A stretch of DNA of 64,000 bases from Atribacterota bacterium (GCA_040767965.1 JAXGNR010000004.1:128001-192000); one strand, 5' to 3'; shown: positions 1 through 11,607, numbered from the stretch's first letter. Made by a program: numbers and translations. Notes: generated by a model from the sequence alone, not told the origin.

Positions 1-532
1 GCAAAAGAAATTAATGCCGGAAATTCCTTTTGAAGAGATAGATATCTTGATAGTTGATGAAATCGGGAAAGAAATCAGCGGTAGTGGAATGGACACGAAT
101 GTGGTTGGTCGTTCAAAAAATATTGAAAAAAATATAAAAATAATTTTACCACTGGATTTAACTGATAGCTCTCATGGCAATGCTGCCGGAATTGGACTTG
201 CAGATATCACCACAAAAAAACTATTCAACAAGATTGATTTTAATATAACCTACACTAATATATTAACATCAGGGAAACATCAGGGGGGAAGATTACCTAT
301 AGTCTTAAAAGATGATGAGTTTGCAATTAAAACAGCCATGCGATTATTAAAGAAAAATAAAAAAGATATAAAACTAGTTAGAATAAAAAATACTTTGCAT
401 ATTATTGAAATGGAAATATCTGAAAAATTAATAGAAGATATAAAAGATAATAATAAAGTAAGAATATTAGGTGAGTTAAAACAATTAAAAACTGATGATA
501 AAGGTGATTTACTTTCTTACCCTTATGTTTAA
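1..532 (+). CDS. C-terminal part of a lactate racemase-domain/DUF2088-like protein (5'-truncated by window edge)
   Basis: Frame is open upstream of the ATG at 14; motifs DEIGKEISGSGMDTNVVGR and SHGNAAGIGLAD. Confidence 0.6.
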   Translation, partial: QKKLMPEIPFEEIDILIVDEIGKEISGSGMDTNVVGRSKNIEKNIKIILPLDLTDSSHGNAAGIGLADITTKKLFNKIDFNITYTNILTSGKHQGGRLPIVLKDDEFAIKTAMRLLKKNKKDIKLVRIKNTLHIIEMEISEKLIEDIKDNNKVRILGELKQLKTDDKGDLLSYPYV

Positions 533-610
533 AGAAAGTACGCATAGAATGAAAAAGTATTTAACAGATAACTTTTTAAATTCTTCAAGACACAATTAGG
601 AGGTAATTAC

Positions 611-1384
611 ATGGTGAATTCTTTAAAGGAAAAACTTTTAAAAGGGGAATGTGTTTTTGGTACGTGGATTGAAACCTCTAGTGTGGATAATGCCGAAATC
701 CTGGCACAGGTAGGTGTTGATTTTATTATGATTGATGGTGAACACGGGGCAATGAATTTTGAAACAGCAGGTAAAATGATTTCTCAAATTAAATATACAA
801 AAACTGTTCCGTTACTGAGAGTACCCTGGAATAACATAGATACTCTTAAGCAATATTTAGATACAGGAACTTCAGGAGTGATGATCCCGATGATTAATTC
901 CAAAGAAGATGCCCTAAAAGCAGTTTCGTACTGCAATTACCCGCCTAAAGGAGTGAGAGGGTTTGGAATTGGCAGAAATACCTTATTTTCAGGGAAAATG
1001 ATGGAATATTTAAACTCTGTCTTAGAGGAGAATAACATAATAGTGATTGTTCAAATTGAACATATAGATGCTGTTAATAATATAGACGAAATACTTTCGG
1101 TTCCAGGTATAGACGTAGCTTTTATAGGCCCCTTTGATCTATCTGCTTCTATGGGTATTTTAGGTCGTATTGAACACCCAAAAGTCTTGGAAGCTATTGA
1201 TAAAGTTCTTTTATCCTGCAAAAAACATAATATAGTTTCAGGAATAATCACTACACCGGAAAAAATGAAACAGCATATTAGTCAGGGATTCAGAATGTTG
1301 TTGGCCGGAAATGATGGGCAATTTTTGTTTGAAGGTGGCCAGCAAATGGTTTCAGAATTCAAAAAAGCTTTACAAAATATTTAA
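611..1384 (+). CDS. HpcH/HpaI (class II pyruvate) aldolase family protein
   Basis: IDGEHG, YPPKGVRG, QIEH, FIGPFDLSASMG motifs; AGGAGG RBS. Confidence 0.9.
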   Translation: MVNSLKEKLLKGECVFGTWIETSSVDNAEILAQVGVDFIMIDGEHGAMNFETAGKMISQIKYTKTVPLLRVPWNNIDTLKQYLDTGTSGVMIPMINSKEDALKAVSYCNYPPKGVRGFGIGRNTLFSGKMMEYLNSVLEENNIIVIVQIEHIDAVNNIDEILSVPGIDVAFIGPFDLSASMGILGRIEHPKVLEAIDKVLLSCKKHNIVSGIITTPEKMKQHISQGFRMLLAGNDGQFLFEGGQQMVSEFKKALQNI

Positions 1385-1420
1385 ATATAATATTTTTTCT
1401 GAAAAATATGAAAAAAATAT

Positions 1421-1449
1421 TTGACAAAATATCAATATGTTAGTATTAT
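1421..1449 (+). promoter_or_regulatory. sigma70/sigmaA promoter of the ilv-leu leader
   Basis: TTGACA (1421-1426), 17 bp spacer, TATTAT (1444-1449). Confidence 0.8.
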
Positions 1450-1469
1450 TGCAAGAATAAATTATTCAG

Positions 1470-1707
1470 ATAAGAAACTAGTAAGTGGATATTTATTTCA
1501 GAGAGCCCATAAGTTGGTGTGAAAGCGGCAATAAATTCTGCTGAATCTCACTTCTTTGTTTGAACGTTTTTGCATATTAAAAATATATTTAATAATTTTT
1601 AATCAAACTAAATAAAATGAGGGCAGTAAAATTACTGCTAAAATAGGGTGGTAACACGATAATTCGTCCCTATATAGTCTTTTGAGACTATAGGGGCGAA
1701 TTTTTTT
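1470..1707 (+). ncRNA. T-box riboswitch (transcriptional), probable Leu (CUC) specifier
   Basis: AGTA 1480, CAGAGAG AG-box about 1499, GGTGTGA about 1516, GAA-T-CTC-A specifier 1543-1550, T-box AAATAGGGTGGTAACACG 1641-1658, overlapping terminator. Confidence 0.9.
1663..1707 (+). terminator. T-box terminator hairpin
   Basis: TTCGTCCCTATATAGTCT...AGACTATAGGGGCGAA followed by a T run. Confidence 0.85.
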
Positions 1708-1804
1708 ATTTTAAGCCCTAGCGAGAGCTTCCTGACTTTAAATGAATCAATCGCAAGGGTTTTTCCTGATAGTTAGAAAAAAATAATAAAGATCTAGAAA
1801 AGAG

Positions 1805-3505
1805 GTGGAATTAGTGGAATTAAGTGGAACAGAAATAATAATTGAGTGTTTAAAACAGGAAAAAGTCAAAGTGGTTTTTGGAATACCTGGAGCAGCCATT
1901 ATGCCTCTATATGATGCTTTTGGCAAGACAGATAAATTACCTTTTGCTAATATTTTAACCAGACATGAACAGGGGGCAATTCATGCAGCAGATGGATATG
2001 CCAGAGCAACAGGTGAAGTTGGAGTTTGTATAACAACATCCGGCCCAGGTGCTACCAATTTAATAACAGGTTTAGCAAATGCCCATCTTGATTCAATTCC
2101 GGTTGTTGCTCTTACCGGGCAGGTTCCTACTGATATGGTTGGCAATGATGCATTCCAGGAAGTTGACATTACCGGGATTACTCTTCCTATTACTAAAAAT
2201 AATTATATTGTAAGAAAGACAGAAGACCTGGCTGCAATAATCAAAGAAGCTTTTTATATTGCCCGAAGTGGACGACCAGGACCGGTATTGGTTGATTTGC
2301 CAAAAGATATTTTATTAGGGAAATGTCGTTATAAATATCCTGAAAAAGTACATAGAAAAGGATACAATCCTTCCACAAAAGGTAATTTAAGGCAAATAAA
2401 AATTGCAGCTAAAAAAATAGCAGAATCCAAAAAACCATTAATTATTGCTGGTGGAGGAATCAATAATGCAAATGCTTCTGAAGAGTTTCGCAAAATGGTT
2501 TTAAAGGCAAATATTCCGGTAGTAACCACATTTATGGGAATAGGGTGTTTCCCTCAAAATCATCCTCTTTTTTTAGGTATGCTGGGAATGTATGGTCAAT
2601 ATACAGCCAACAAAGTAACTAGTAATGCGGACTTAATTATAGCTTTAGGGACTCGTTTTGATGATAGAATTACCGGAAATCTAAAAGAATTCTGTCCCCA
2701 AACAGAAATAATTCATATAGATATCGATCCAGCTGAAATAGGTAAAAATGTTGCTGCAAAAATACCAATAGTGGGAGATTTAAAGCAAATTTTGCATCAG
2801 TTAAATAATTATATTGAAGAAATGGACAATTCCAGCTGGCTTAAGGATATATCTGAAATAAAAGGAGAGATCCCGATCTTGGATGGGAAAGAAAATGATA
2901 AAAACGAATTGAAGCCCAAATATATCTTTAACTGCATTAATGATTTTTTCAAAGGAGAAGCCATAATAGTTACAGATGTAGGACAGCATCAAATGTGGAC
3001 TGCTAATTATTGTCAATTTGTTCATCCCCGCACCCTTATTTCTTCAGGAGGTTTGGGTACAATGGGATTTGGTTTACCTGCAGCAATTGGAGCAAAAATA
3101 GGCTGTCCAGACAGGGCTGTACTCTGTATATCTGGAGATGGTAGTTTTCAAATGAACATTCAGGAACTGGCAACTGCAATCTACAACCAATTGCCTATAA
3201 TAGTAATTTTAATCAACAATGGTTGTCTTGGGATGGTCAGGCAGCTGCAAGAATTATTTTGCGAACAGAGATATGTTTCTACCTGTCTGGCAGGTAGTCC
3301 TGACTTTATAAAAATCGTTGAAGGGTATGGAGGAGTTGGTTTCAAAGTAAAAAGTAATGATGAATTTGCCTCTACATTAGAAAAAGCAAATAATATGAAC
3401 CAATTCGTATTAATTGATTGCCAGATTTCAGAACAGGAAAAAAATTTCCCAATGGTAAAACCAGGAGCATCAATAAGTCAAATGATAGGAGTTGACCAAT
3501 CATGA
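1805..3505 (+). CDS. ilvB: Acetolactate synthase large subunit
   Basis: RHEQGA, TSGPGATN, SGGLGTMGFG, GDGSFQMN ThDP motif; start may be GTG 1814. Confidence 0.95.
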   Translation: MELVELSGTEIIIECLKQEKVKVVFGIPGAAIMPLYDAFGKTDKLPFANILTRHEQGAIHAADGYARATGEVGVCITTSGPGATNLITGLANAHLDSIPVVALTGQVPTDMVGNDAFQEVDITGITLPITKNNYIVRKTEDLAAIIKEAFYIARSGRPGPVLVDLPKDILLGKCRYKYPEKVHRKGYNPSTKGNLRQIKIAAKKIAESKKPLIIAGGGINNANASEEFRKMVLKANIPVVTTFMGIGCFPQNHPLFLGMLGMYGQYTANKVTSNADLIIALGTRFDDRITGNLKEFCPQTEIIHIDIDPAEIGKNVAAKIPIVGDLKQILHQLNNYIEEMDNSSWLKDISEIKGEIPILDGKENDKNELKPKYIFNCINDFFKGEAIIVTDVGQHQMWTANYCQFVHPRTLISSGGLGTMGFGLPAAIGAKIGCPDRAVLCISGDGSFQMNIQELATAIYNQLPIIVILINNGCLGMVRQLQELFCEQRYVSTCLAGSPDFIKIVEGYGGVGFKVKSNDEFASTLEKANNMNQFVLIDCQISEQEKNFPMVKPGASISQMIGVDQS

Positions 3506-3996
3506 AACATACTATAGCTATTTTAGTGGAAAATCAACCTGGCGTTATGTCTAGAGTTGCAGGACTATTCACGAGAAGAGGTTTTAATATTGAAAGCATA
3601 GCTGTCGGTCACTCTGAAACTCCAGGGATTTCCCGTATGACAATTATTACTCATGGAGATGAGAAAATCCTGGAACAGATAACCAAACAGTTAAATAAAT
3701 TAATTGATGTAATTCGGGTCCGTGATATTTCTCCTCAAAATATAATTGAAAGAGAATTGGTTTTAGTAAAGGTCCATACAGACTCTTTGGCTGTTCGTTC
3801 TGAAATACTTCAGCTTATTGAAATATTCAAAGCAAAAGTTGTTTATGTGGAAAGAAACACTTTAACTATTGAAATGGCTGGTGATGATGAAAAGGTAGCC
3901 GGTCTTTTATCACTTCTCGAACCGTTTGGAATAATAGAAATTGTTCGCACTGGCAGAATAGCTATTGCAAGAAGTAAAAATAATGGAAAAAATTAA
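3502..3996 (+). CDS. ilvN: Acetolactate synthase small (ACT) subunit
   Basis: VENQPGVMSRVAGLFTRRGFNIES; ATGA overlap with ilvB. Confidence 0.95.
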   Translation: MKHTIAILVENQPGVMSRVAGLFTRRGFNIESIAVGHSETPGISRMTIITHGDEKILEQITKQLNKLIDVIRVRDISPQNIIERELVLVKVHTDSLAVRSEILQLIEIFKAKVVYVERNTLTIEMAGDDEKVAGLLSLLEPFGIIEIVRTGRIAIARSKNNGKN

Positions 3997-4067
3997 AAAT
4001 GTAAAAATGTTTTCCAGAAATTAAATTAGCTTATTAACAGCAGGAACTGATAGAAAGGAGATAGGCT

Positions 4068-5594
4068 ATGAAAGAAAAAATATTCATTTTCGATACAACG
4101 CTAAGAGACGGAGAGCAATGCCCTGGAGCATCTCTGAATACCGGTGAAAAACTGGAAATTGCAAGATATTTAGAAAAAATGAAAGTTGATGTGATTGAAG
4201 CTGGATTTCCTATTTCTTCTCCTGGAGATTTTGAAGGTGTAGAAGTAATTGCAAAAAATATAAAAAACTCTACTATAGCAGGCTTGTGCAGAGCAGTTGA
4301 AAAAGATATTAGATGTGCCTGGGATGCAATAAAATCAGCTAATAAAACCCGCATTCATACTTTTATTGCCACTTCCCCTATTCATATGAAGCTTAAACTG
4401 GAAAAAACCCCCCAGGAAGTATTGCAACAGGCTGTTTATTCAGTAAAATTAGCAAAAGATCTCTGTGGTGAAGTAGAGTTTTCTGCAGAAGATGCCAGTA
4501 GAAGTGAACCGGAATTCTTATACACTATTTTTGAGGAAGTCATCAAAGCAGGAGCTACTATAATCAATATTCCTGACACAGTAGGATATTCTCAACCGGC
4601 AGAATTTGCCCGACTAATTAAAGGAATAAAAGAAAATGTCCCTAATATTGACCAGGCTATCCTTAGTGTACACTGTCATAATGATTTGGGGTTAGCGGTT
4701 GCTAATTCCTTGGAGTCTTTGAATTATGGAGTGAGGCAGATTGAATGCACAGTCAATGGGATAGGAGAACGGGCAGGTAATGCCTCTTTAGAGGAAATTG
4801 TAATGGCCTTGCATACCAGAGAAGACTATTATAATAAATATACTGAAATTGATACCCGTTATATTTATCCAACCAGTAAAATAGTGAGTCGCCTGACAGG
4901 ATTTGTTATTCAGCCAAATAAAGCCATTGTTGGCAAAAACGCTTTTGCCCATGAAGCAGGAATTCATCAGGCCGGAATATTAAAAGATGCCTCTACCTAT
5001 GAAATAATGAAACCACAGACAATTGGATTAGAAAGCAATCAGCTAATTCTTGGAAAACATTCCGGCCGCAATGCTTTCAGGAGTAGATTGGCAGAATTAG
5101 GATATGATTTAGATCAGGAAAAAATTAATAAATCTTTTGAGCAATTCAAGCAATTAGCAGATAAGAAAAAAGAAATTTATGCGGAAGACCTGGTTGCTTT
5201 AATGTCAGAGGTGCTAATAGAAGATATTGCTGATATTTATGAATTAAAATATTTCCATGTAAGTACTGGCAATAGCATTTTACCAACTGCCACAGTAAAA
5301 CTACTGCGTGATGGTAAAATATATGAGGACGCTGCCTGTGGAGATGGACCTGTTGACGCTATATTTAACACCATTGACCGGATTACTGGAGCAAAAGTAA
5401 AATTATCTGATTACAATATCAGAGCCTTGACCAGAGGGAAGGATGCACAGGGAGAGGCGATGGTTGAAATAAAAGATAACGGGTGTTCTTATATAGGCAA
5501 AGGAGTAAGCACTGACACCCTTGAGGCCAGCACAAAAGCATATTTAAAGGCAATAAATAAGATGTTGTCAACTCAACTTATGTGTAATAAATAA
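4068..5594 (+). CDS. leuA: 2-isopropylmalate synthase
   Basis: DTTLRDGEQ, HCHNDLG, GERAGNA, HEAGIHQ, C-terminal regulatory domain. Confidence 0.95.
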   Translation: MKEKIFIFDTTLRDGEQCPGASLNTGEKLEIARYLEKMKVDVIEAGFPISSPGDFEGVEVIAKNIKNSTIAGLCRAVEKDIRCAWDAIKSANKTRIHTFIATSPIHMKLKLEKTPQEVLQQAVYSVKLAKDLCGEVEFSAEDASRSEPEFLYTIFEEVIKAGATIINIPDTVGYSQPAEFARLIKGIKENVPNIDQAILSVHCHNDLGLAVANSLESLNYGVRQIECTVNGIGERAGNASLEEIVMALHTREDYYNKYTEIDTRYIYPTSKIVSRLTGFVIQPNKAIVGKNAFAHEAGIHQAGILKDASTYEIMKPQTIGLESNQLILGKHSGRNAFRSRLAELGYDLDQEKINKSFEQFKQLADKKKEIYAEDLVALMSEVLIEDIADIYELKYFHVSTGNSILPTATVKLLRDGKIYEDAACGDGPVDAIFNTIDRITGAKVKLSDYNIRALTRGKDAQGEAMVEIKDNGCSYIGKGVSTDTLEASTKAYLKAINKMLSTQLMCNK

Positions 5595-5659
5595 ATCATT
5601 GATTTAATATTGATTAATTAATTTTATAATTTCCCTATAGGTAAGAAAGGAGAAAAAAA

Positions 5660-6922
5660 ATGGGTAAAAATATCACTGAGAAGATTTTACAGGCCCATTG
5701 TGATACTGAGGATATTAAAATAGGTAGTTTGATTAAAGCTAAGGTTGATTTTGCTTTTGCAAATGATATTACAGGTCCTCTGGCTATAGATGTGTTTAAG
5801 AAGATAGGGGTAAAAAATGTATTTGACCGGAACAAAATTACTTTTTTCCCTGATCATTTTACCCCTAATAAAGACATTAAATCTGCTGAACAGGCAAAAA
5901 TCATAAAAGAATTTTCACAAGAGCAAAATTTAAAATATTACTTTGAAATAGGCCAGTGCGGTATTGAACATGCACTTTTACCGGAAAAAGGATTAGTGTT
6001 ACCCGGGCAGTTAATAGTTGGAGCAGATTCTCACACTCCAACTTCAGGGGCTCTGGGAGCTTTAGCAATAGGAGTGGGGAGCACTGATCTGGGTGCTGTT
6101 TTAGCGGTTGGAGAAATATGGTTAAAAGTGCCAGAGACAATTAAGTTTATCTATAAGGGAAAATTAAATAAATGGGTTGGAGGAAAAGACCTTATACTTT
6201 ACACTATTTCTAAAATTGGAGTTGATGGTGCAAATTATAAAGTTATGGAATTTAGCGGAGAAGTTATAGACAACCTTTCAATGGACAATAGATTTACCAT
6301 GTGCAATATGGCTATAGAAGCCGGTGGGAAAAGTGGAATAATAGAGGCTGACGATATTACCTTGTCTTATTTGCAAGAAAGGACAGAGCAACAGACAAAG
6401 ATAATCAAGAGCGATCCTGATGCGGAATATGAAAAGATAATCGAATATGATGTTGCCAATATTGAACCACAGGTAGCCTTCCCCCATTTGCCTGACAAAG
6501 GGATGGCTATCAGCCAGGTGGGAGAAGTCAGAATAGATCAGGCTGTTATTGGTTCATGTACTAATGGTAGAATTGAAGATTTAAGAGTTGCTGCAGAGAT
6601 ATTAAAAAATAATAAAGTAAATTCAAAAGTAAGATTAATAATTATACCGGCAACTCAACAGGTCTATTTACAAGCACTTGAAGAAGGGTTGTTAAAAATA
6701 TTTATTGAAGCAGGTGCAGTAATTAGCCCACCTACCTGTGGCCCCTGTCTTGGTGGCTATATGGGAATATTAGCTAAAGGAGAAAAAGCAGTTTCGACTA
6801 CTAACCGGAATTTTGTCGGTCGGATGGGTCATCCCGAAAGCGAAGTATATCTATCCAGTCCGGCCATAGCTGCAGCATCTGCTATAACAGGGAAAATATC
6901 AAGTCCTGAGGAGGTATTTTAA
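5660..6922 (+). CDS. leuC: 3-isopropylmalate dehydratase large subunit (short, type 2)
   Basis: [29 protein letters not shown]. Confidence 0.93.
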   Translation: MGKNITEKILQAHCDTEDIKIGSLIKAKVDFAFANDITGPLAIDVFKKIGVKNVFDRNKITFFPDHFTPNKDIKSAEQAKIIKEFSQEQNLKYYFEIGQCGIEHALLPEKGLVLPGQLIVGADSHTPTSGALGALAIGVGSTDLGAVLAVGEIWLKVPETIKFIYKGKLNKWVGGKDLILYTISKIGVDGANYKVMEFSGEVIDNLSMDNRFTMCNMAIEAGGKSGIIEADDITLSYLQERTEQQTKIIKSDPDAEYEKIIEYDVANIEPQVAFPHLPDKGMAISQVGEVRIDQAVIGSCTNGRIEDLRVAAEILKNNKVNSKVRLIIIPATQQVYLQALEEGLLKIFIEAGAVISPPTCGPCLGGYMGILAKGEKAVSTTNRNFVGRMGHPESEVYLSSPAIAAASAITGKISSPEEVF

Positions 6923-6924
6923 TA

Positions 6925-7419
6925 ATGATAATCAAAGGGAGAATTTGGAAGTTTGGAGATCATATAGATACAGATGTAATAATTCCTGCCAGATATTTAA
7001 ATACATCTGACCCCAAAGAATTAGCCTCTCATCTTATGGAGGATTATGAAGAAGGGTTTAATAAAAAAATAAAACAAGGTGATATTTTTGTTGCCGGAGA
7101 AAATTTTGGCTGCGGCAGTTCTCGGGAACATGCACCTATAGCTATAAAAGCTGCTGGAATATCTTGTGTAATAGCAAAATCATTTGCCAGGATTTTTTAT
7201 AGAAATTCCATTAATATTGGATTGCCTATCTTTGAGTCAACAGAAGTGTTTAATAAATCAGCAGAAGGGGATATTTTAGAAATATATCCAGAAACAGGAA
7301 ATATAAAAAATTTAAGTAATGCAATGGAATTTAAAATTAATCCCATGCCTGCTTTTATCCAGAATATTATTTCTTCTGGTGGACTGGTAGAATATACTAA
7401 AAAAGAAGTAGAGAAGTAG
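6925..7419 (+). CDS. leuD: 3-isopropylmalate dehydratase small subunit
   Basis: [32 protein letters not shown]. Confidence 0.95.
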   Translation: MIIKGRIWKFGDHIDTDVIIPARYLNTSDPKELASHLMEDYEEGFNKKIKQGDIFVAGENFGCGSSREHAPIAIKAAGISCVIAKSFARIFYRNSINIGLPIFESTEVFNKSAEGDILEIYPETGNIKNLSNAMEFKINPMPAFIQNIISSGGLVEYTKKEVEK

Positions 7420-7432
7420 AAAGGAGATAATA

Positions 7433-8554
7433 ATGTATAATATTGCCCTTATTCCCGGAGACGGTATTGGACCTGAAATAATTGATGAAGGGAAAAAAGT
7501 TTTACAAGCAGCATCTGCCAAATATGGGGTTGTTTTAAAATGGAATGAGTATCCTTTCAGCGCCGAAAACTATCTAAAAACAGGTGAGTTATTACCTGAC
7601 AGTGCATTACAGGAAATGGAAGATATGGATGCAATCTATCTGGGAGCAGTTGGTGATCCCAGGGTAAAACCAGGTATCCTGGAAAAAGAAATATTATTGA
7701 AAATCAGATTCTATTTTGACCAATATATCAATCTCAGACCAATAAAGCTATTCAAAGGAGTGGAAACACCTTTAAAGGATAAAAACCCGGAAGATATTAA
7801 TTTCTATGTAGTAAGGGAGAATACTGAAGATTTTTATGTAGGAATTGGCAGCAGATTTAAAGGGAAAGGAAGTCAGGATCATTTACAGCTAAGCAGGAAA
7901 TTATTTCAGGCAAATATTGATGTAGATTTTAAATTGGATAGAGAAGAAGAGATAGCTTATCAAATAGGCCTGATAAGTAAACCAGGAGCCCAAAGGGTAA
8001 TTAAATATGCTTTTGATTTAGCCCAAGAAAAGAATTTAAGTAGAGTAAGTTCAGTGGATAAAGTTAATGTTTTGGGGAATATTTATGGTTTATGGAGAGA
8101 TACTTTTACTGAAATTGCCCAAAATTACCCGGGAATAGAAACAGAATTCACTTTTATTGATGCTATTACAATGTGGTTTGTGAAGAAGCCGGAATGGTTC
8201 AGAGTGGTTGTTGCTCCCAACATGTTTGGAGATATTATCACAGATTTAGGTGCTATGATACAGGGCGGATTAGGGGTTGCTGCAGGAGGAAATATCAATC
8301 CTGATGGTGTTTCCATGTTTGAACCAATCCATGGTTCTGCCCCAAAATATAAAGGTAAATCAATTGCCAACCCAATAGCTACTATTCTGGCAGGAGCAAT
8401 GATGATGGACTATTTAGGTGAAAGCAAAATTGCCGATGAGATAGAAAAAGCAGTTGAAGAGGTGCTGGTGGAAAAGAAAGTTCTTTCTCGAGAATTGGGT
8501 GGTAATTCATCAACTGTAGAGGTTGGAAATGCTATTGTAAATAAGATCAAGTGA
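7433..8554 (+). CDS. leuB: 3-isopropylmalate dehydrogenase
   Basis: [32 protein letters not shown]; operon context. Confidence 0.9.
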   Translation: MYNIALIPGDGIGPEIIDEGKKVLQAASAKYGVVLKWNEYPFSAENYLKTGELLPDSALQEMEDMDAIYLGAVGDPRVKPGILEKEILLKIRFYFDQYINLRPIKLFKGVETPLKDKNPEDINFYVVRENTEDFYVGIGSRFKGKGSQDHLQLSRKLFQANIDVDFKLDREEEIAYQIGLISKPGAQRVIKYAFDLAQEKNLSRVSSVDKVNVLGNIYGLWRDTFTEIAQNYPGIETEFTFIDAITMWFVKKPEWFRVVVAPNMFGDIITDLGAMIQGGLGVAAGGNINPDGVSMFEPIHGSAPKYKGKSIANPIATILAGAMMMDYLGESKIADEIEKAVEEVLVEKKVLSRELGGNSSTVEVGNAIVNKIK

Positions 8555-8610
8555 TAATAATTGGTATTTATTAAATATTTGTAATATTATTATAAAATCA
8601 CTGATATAAA

Positions 8611-8644
8611 AAGCCTGTCAGCTGCCTGAAGGAGTGACAGGCTT
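8611..8644 (+). terminator. Hairpin after leuB, probable terminator
   Basis: AAGCCTGTCA...TGACAGGCTT; weak U-tract. Confidence 0.5.
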
Positions 8645-8685
8645 CTGATTTCAAGGAAGCATCTTAAAACAAGCAGGGTATTGAA

Positions 8686-9156
8686 TTGCTAATTATAACT
8701 GGAATTATATTAAATATAATAGGGATTATAGGGGTTTTTTTACCAGCTTTACCGGGAGTTGTTCTTAATTATGCTGCATTGGTACTTCTTTATATTTCTA
8801 AAAAAGAATTAATATTTTCGGTAAATATTCTTTTTATGTTTGGTTTTCTTACAATAATAGTAACATTACTTGATTATATTCTTCCTTTTTTAGGAGCTAA
8901 AAAATTTGGAGTTTCCCGATCCGGCATATGGGGATCTTTAATAGGAATGATAATTGGTATATTGTTTTTCCCGCCACTGGGGATGATTTTTGGATTATTA
9001 ATCGGAGCATTTTTAGGAGAATTGCTTGCTGGGAAAGAGCAATCTCAGGCGCTTAGAGCAGGACTGGTAACATTCTTAGGTGTTCTTACTTCAACTGTCG
9101 TTAAATTGGTATTAGCTTTAGCGATGACTATTTTTTATTTTCTTAAAATACTTTAA
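8686..9156 (+). CDS. DUF456 family membrane protein
   Basis: Hydrophobic; PALPG, GAKKFG.S..G.WG, GAFLGEL pattern. Confidence 0.8.
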   Translation: MLIITGIILNIIGIIGVFLPALPGVVLNYAALVLLYISKKELIFSVNILFMFGFLTIIVTLLDYILPFLGAKKFGVSRSGIWGSLIGMIIGILFFPPLGMIFGLLIGAFLGELLAGKEQSQALRAGLVTFLGVLTSTVVKLVLALAMTIFYFLKIL

Positions 9157-9267
9157 ATTGAAATATGTGATAAAAAAATGATATAAAATAATAAGAAGAG
9201 AAAACTTGTTGAGATTTGATTTATAAAATTAAGTACAATTTTGAAAGATATTGAAAGGAAATTTCAA

Positions 9268-9714
9268 ATGAAGGATATTGTTAGAATTGGTATAATTATA
9301 TGTCATCGTTATCATCGCTGTGCAGGAGGAAAATGTTTAAGGGCAATGAAAAATAAAGAAGGAGCTTTTTCTGTCTATCAGGATAAGGAAATAGAATTAG
9401 TTGGTTATACCACCTGTGACGGCTGTCCTGGCGGGAATATAGAATATTCTCCAGAGGAAATGAAAAAGAATGGAGCTCAGGTCATACATCTGGCAACAGG
9501 GTTAATAGTAGGTTATCCTCCTTGTCCCAGAATCAGGTATTTCAAAGATTTTATAGAAGAAAAATTTAATTTGGAAGTGGTCTATGGAACTCATCCAATT
9601 CCACAGAAATATTATTTGACCCATTCCAGGATGCATACCTGGGATTCAGAAAGCTGGCAGAAAATAATACAACCAACTCTGGCAGATGAAAGCTTAAGAC
9701 TGATATATGACTGA
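9268..9714 (+). CDS. CGGC-domain metal-binding protein
   Basis: CAGGKC, CDGCPG, YPPCP, GTH motifs; ATG 9268 follows AAGGA. Confidence 0.85.
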   Translation: MKDIVRIGIIICHRYHRCAGGKCLRAMKNKEGAFSVYQDKEIELVGYTTCDGCPGGNIEYSPEEMKKNGAQVIHLATGLIVGYPPCPRIRYFKDFIEEKFNLEVVYGTHPIPQKYYLTHSRMHTWDSESWQKIIQPTLADESLRLIYD

Positions 9715-9813
9715 TGACCAATTACAAGGTTTTTAACTGAGTATTCTGTATCCTTGTTTTCAGCAAGCTTAATAATATAATGTTTTTAAATATAAATAAG
9801 ATTTTGAATAATT

Positions 9814-9842
9814 TTGAAATTTAGAAAAAGTATGTGTATATT
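9814..9842 (+). promoter_or_regulatory. Putative ilvD promoter
   Basis: TTGAAA, 17 bp spacer, TATATT. Confidence 0.5.
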
Positions 9843-9881
9843 ATAGAATAAAAATGTATTATCAGAAGGAAAGGTAATAAT

Positions 9882-11555
9882 ATGGATAGAAATAGCAATA
9901 AGGTTACACAGGGAGCAAGCAGGGCTCCACATCGTTCTTTGTTTTATGCGATGGGTTACACCCAGGAAGACATCAATAAACCAAATATTGGTATCGTTAA
10001 TGCTTTTAATGAAATTATTCCAGGTCATATCCAGTTAAATGATATAGTTCAATCAGTGAAAATGGGAGTTGCTGCAGCTGGTGGATTGCCAATGGAATTT
10101 CCTGCTATTGGTATTTGTGATGGAATAGCTATGAACCATCAGGGGATGAAATACCCTTTAGCCAGCAGAGAGCTAATTGCTGATTCAATTGAAGCAGTTG
10201 CCATGGCCCATCATTTTGACGGGTTGGTAATGGTGGCAAATTGTGACAAAATAGTGCCTGGAATGTTAATGGCCGCTGGCCGCTTAAATATCCCTGCAAT
10301 TTATGTAAGCGGAGGGCCAATGCTCGCAGGACAGCATGCAGGAAAAGATGTTGACTTATCAACAATGTTTGAAGCTGTTGGGCAATATAATCAGAAAAAA
10401 ATGACTAAAGAAGAATTAACTGCATTAGAATGCAGCGCATGCCCTACGGCTGGAAGTTGTTCAGGTTTGTTTACAGCTAATTCAATGAACTGTCTGTCAG
10501 AAGCATTAGGTATGGCTTTACCGGGAAACGGTACGATTCCAATAGGATATGGTGCCAGGAAGCAACTGGCCAATCAGGCTGGTAAGGCAATAATTAATTT
10601 AGTCAAAAACCAGATTAAACCCAGAGATATCATGACGGAAAAAGCTTTCCTCAATGCCATTACTCTCGATTTGGCCATGGCAGGATCAAGCAATACAGTT
10701 TTACATTTATTGGCAATTGCCCATGAGGCAGGCATTAAACTAGATTTAAAGACATTTGACAGGTTAAGCAGAATTATCCCGGTTTTAACAAAAATTTCTC
10801 CTTCCAGCAATTTACATATTGCGGATTTGTATTTTGCCGGAGGAATTCAGGCTATTTTGAAAGAGCTAGCAGATGCAAAACTTATCAATACTGAAGAAAT
10901 TACAGTAAGCGGAAGTAGTTTGGGTAAAAATATTGAATCAGCCAAAATAACAAATACTGATGTAATTAAAAAATACGAAAATCCTCTCAGTAAAGAAAGT
11001 GGAATTGCAGTATTGTATGGTAATTTAGCCCCCGAAGGTGGAGTTGTTAAGGTATCTGCTGTCAGTAAAAAAATGTACAGCTTTGAAGGACCGGCAAAAG
11101 TTTATAACTCAGAAGAAGAAGCCTATCAGGCAATTATGGACGGGAAAATAAAAAAAGGTAATGTCGTGGTAATCAGATACGAAGGACCAAAAGGCGGTCC
11201 TGGAATGCGTGAAATGCTGGCACCTACATCGGCTTTATGTGGTATGGAGTTAGATAATGATGTAGCCCTTCTTACTGATGGAAGATTTTCCGGAGCCACC
11301 AGGGGAGCAGCTATTGGTCATGTTTCTCCCGAAGCAGCAGAAAAAGGTCCTATTGGAATGATTGAAGATGGAGATATAATCAAAATTGACATTTCAAATA
11401 GAGAATTATCAGTTAAATTAACTGATGAGCAATTAAAGGAAAGAGAAGCAAAATGGGTTATGCCTGAAAACAATATCCCGTCTACATATTACTTAAAGCG
11501 ATATGCTTATTTAGTTACTTCAGCAAGCACAGGTGCAGTATTCAGAGAAGTATAA
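9882..11555 (+). CDS. ilvD: Dihydroxy-acid dehydratase
   Basis: [45 protein letters not shown]. Confidence 0.95.
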   Translation: MDRNSNKVTQGASRAPHRSLFYAMGYTQEDINKPNIGIVNAFNEIIPGHIQLNDIVQSVKMGVAAAGGLPMEFPAIGICDGIAMNHQGMKYPLASRELIADSIEAVAMAHHFDGLVMVANCDKIVPGMLMAAGRLNIPAIYVSGGPMLAGQHAGKDVDLSTMFEAVGQYNQKKMTKEELTALECSACPTAGSCSGLFTANSMNCLSEALGMALPGNGTIPIGYGARKQLANQAGKAIINLVKNQIKPRDIMTEKAFLNAITLDLAMAGSSNTVLHLLAIAHEAGIKLDLKTFDRLSRIIPVLTKISPSSNLHIADLYFAGGIQAILKELADAKLINTEEITVSGSSLGKNIESAKITNTDVIKKYENPLSKESGIAVLYGNLAPEGGVVKVSAVSKKMYSFEGPAKVYNSEEEAYQAIMDGKIKKGNVVVIRYEGPKGGPGMREMLAPTSALCGMELDNDVALLTDGRFSGATRGAAIGHVSPEAAEKGPIGMIEDGDIIKIDISNRELSVKLTDEQLKEREAKWVMPENNIPSTYYLKRYAYLVTSASTGAVFREV

Positions 11556-11607
11556 TGTTATATTCTCTAAATCACATAATTTTATAAAATAGATAATAAC
11601 TAATAAA

